DNA of 64,000 nucleotides from assembly GCA_038087875.1 (NCBI GenBank), contig JAXLNO010000078.1, forward strand, positions 1 through 64,000, written 5' to 3'. Position numbers and translations under genes: made by a program. The notes below the pieces were generated by a model that was not told the DNA's origin, ran no database searches, and was given only the letters and a program-made list of their open reading frames with translations. The DNA is from Malacoraja senta (taxonomy: Eukaryota). Of the stretch, positions 61,930 through 64,000 are shown piece by piece (the stretch's first letter is position 1; the number at the start of each line of letters is the position of its first letter).

Positions 61930-62320
61930 CCACGCAACGTTGGAAGGCCCGCGGCGGCGGAGGGGGGGGGGAGAGGCGAGTGTCCGCGACGGAGGGGTGG
62001 AGAGGCGAGGGTCCGCAGCGAGGGGGGGGGAGAGGCGAGGCTCTGCGGCGGGGGCGGAAGGAGAGGCGAGGGTCCGCGTGAGGGGGAGAGGCGAGTGTCC
62101 GCGGGGGGGGGGGGGCTGAGAGGTGAGTGTCCGCGGTGGGGGGAGGGTTGAGAGGCGAGGGTCCGCGGCGGTGGAGAGGCGACGATCCGTGACGGGGCTG
62201 GGGGGTGACGTGGGCGGAAGATGGCGTGTGCCCAGTGTCTATTGTTGCGGCCTATATTTTCTTTCACTGCGAGTTTTAAGTTACTGCCTCTGATGATTCT
62301 ACTGTTGACCGGAAGGTGTC
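61930..62320 (+). promoter_or_regulatory. CpG-rich promoter-like segment
   Basis: About eight GAGAGGCGAG(G/T)GTCCGC repeats, then TGACGT-GGGCGGAAGATGGCG (CRE half-site, GC box, ETS and YY1 overlapping, ~62206-62226) and CCGGAAG at ~62309. Confidence 0.4.
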
Positions 62321-62599
62321 TGGTTGTCGGAATATTACAGGGAACAAACAGAACAATAGAAAGAAAAGTGTATTCAAATGACGCATTGTCGTATATGCTA
62401 TCATCTGTTTTTTATTATCCGTGAACATCTCATTCATTAACAAGTTTCTGTTCGCTCTAATGTACAATGATATATATTTTCATTATAATAACGGCAAACG
62501 TCCGTTTCATGTGGTTATGGCGGTAGATATTTTATCTCACAAAAGTTTACAAGTATCGACATGAATCAATCTTGATTGAAAGGTTGGATGAAAGGTTCG

Positions 62600-62921
62600 G
62601 ACGGTCACGGTTGGTCTGCGACAGAGTTGCTGCCTTACAGCGAATGCAGCGCCGGGGACACGGGTTCGATCCCGACTAAGGGCGCTGTTTGTACGGAGTT
62701 TGTACGTTCTCTCCGTGACCTGCGTGGGTTTTCTCCGATTTATTCGGGTTTCCTCCCACACTCCAAAGACGTACAGGTTTGTAGGTTAATTGGCTTTGAA
62801 AATGTTTTTTTTAATTGTCCCTTGTCGGTGTAGGATCGTGTTCATGTGCGGGGATCGCTAGTTGGCACGGACCCGACGGGCCGAAGGGCCTGTTTCCGCG
62901 CTGTTTCTCTAAAACTAAACT
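62600..62921 (+). mobile_element. HE1-like V-SINE
   Basis: B box GGTTCGATCCC; V-domain-like GGAGTTTGTACGTTCTC..GGTTTCCTCCCACACTCCAAAGACGT; CR1-derived tail GGGCCGAAGGGCCTGTTTCC..CTAAACT. Confidence 0.85.
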
Positions 62922-63214
62922 GTACAAATTAAAAAAATAATCTCTATTTCAATAACACACACCATTCGCTTTATGTATTATTATGCAAAAATATGAAGAT
63001 TACTCTGGGGCAATGCAAGAAGGTATTTTAAGAGAAATGCCACATGCGTTTCTTGCAGACGATAATTGTTATTTGGTATAAACGTATTAAAAATCGAAAT
63101 GATTGTTCAAAATTGAATATATTTCCAAGGGAAGGATCATTGTAAAACATGTTAGCATACGTTCTGAAATCTGTAACATAATGTTTGCAGCAAGGAGAAA
63201 GGAAAAGTTGTGCT

Positions 63215-63915
63215 TATGATGGACGTCCCCTTTCTTGAGTAAACGTAGTTTCCCCGCTGCTATGATGGGTGCATCATCACCCACATCTCCTCTGGGTCTT
63301 GCAGTTCTGCTCTCGCTCCCCTTGCCTTCGCACGGAACTACAAAATGGTTCCCCAGATCCTTAAATTTCAGCCACCTGCATCCTTATCCAACACATTATT
63401 CTCCATATCTACCCCACACATCTTCCCATCCCCACTACCTCTCGGCTTCCATAAAGACCGCCCTCCCTTATCCGTTTGCAGCCTAACCACCCTCTCCCCA
63501 GGTACCATCCCCTACAGCACAGGAGATGTAACACCTGTCATTATACCTCATGCCTTACATCCGTCCAATGCCACCAGTAGTCCTTCTACGTGAGAAAGGT
63601 TCGCATGCACCTCCACTGACGTCATCTGCTGGTTTTGGTGCGCCCGAGGTGGACGCTTTACTTCGGAAAGACCAAGCGTTGATGAGGCGACCATCTCACC
63701 GAATACTTGCTCTCGGTCGGGGAGGTGGTACACCATATTCCGGTTATTAAACATTAAAACTCGATTACCCATTCCCACATGCATTCGTGTATTTGGCCTC
63801 CTTCGTTGTTAGAGTAATGCCACACGTAAGTGTTGGAACACCATCTCATACTCCGCTTGGATATTTTACAAATTAACGGTATGAGCACTGAACCCTTCAA
63901 TATTTGGTAACTAAC
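63215..63915 (+). mobile_element. Old Penelope-like element 3' remnant
   Basis: Decayed similarity to the reverse complement of 25057-25800 (AGGTTCGCATGCACCTCC, ACACCATCTCATACTCCGCTTGG). Confidence 0.65.
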
Positions 63916-64000
63916 CGAAACTACTACTCCCCCCTTCGACCCCCACCCTCTACCCCCCCTGCAATTCGCCCCAACAGCCTTCGCACTCGTGTCTCCCTTC

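Overview
This is a eukaryotic, vertebrate window that is mostly transposable elements. An HE1-like V-SINE, a GPR139-like GPCR and the CR1/Rex1/Penelope mix point to a cartilaginous fish (inference). Host-gene content is small: a TAP1 pseudogene fragment (first coding exon with a premature stop, plus the 129-bp exon; intervening exons absent) and a two-exon GPR139-like class A GPCR whose first exon looks frameshifted. Mobile content includes a decayed class III (ERV-L/S-like pol, gamma-type env) endogenous retrovirus with its 3' LTR, a second env remnant, and a family of non-autonomous Helitrons (TC...hairpin-CTAG, inserted at A|T) each holding a different tandem repeat. There are also Penelope-like elements with hammerhead-like motifs (one a ~810-bp palindrome with a 14-bp TSD), many CR1 LINEs including one full-length copy with intact ORF2, Tx1 and Rex1 LINE fragments, SINEs and satellites. 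The most notable signal is an in-phase U_UUA_AAC slippery heptamer immediately before the CR1 ORF1 stop, with ORF2 in the -1 frame, conserved in three copies from two diverged subfamilies; it is a candidate programmed -1 ribosomal frameshift. Other highlights are exact Helitron insertions that split CR1 copies (one followed by an apparent ~3.5-kb inversion), a promoter-plus-splice-donor module inside the Helitrons, and a tandem splice donor that could rescue the GPCR frameshift. All calls were made by eye; boundaries of decayed elements are approximate.
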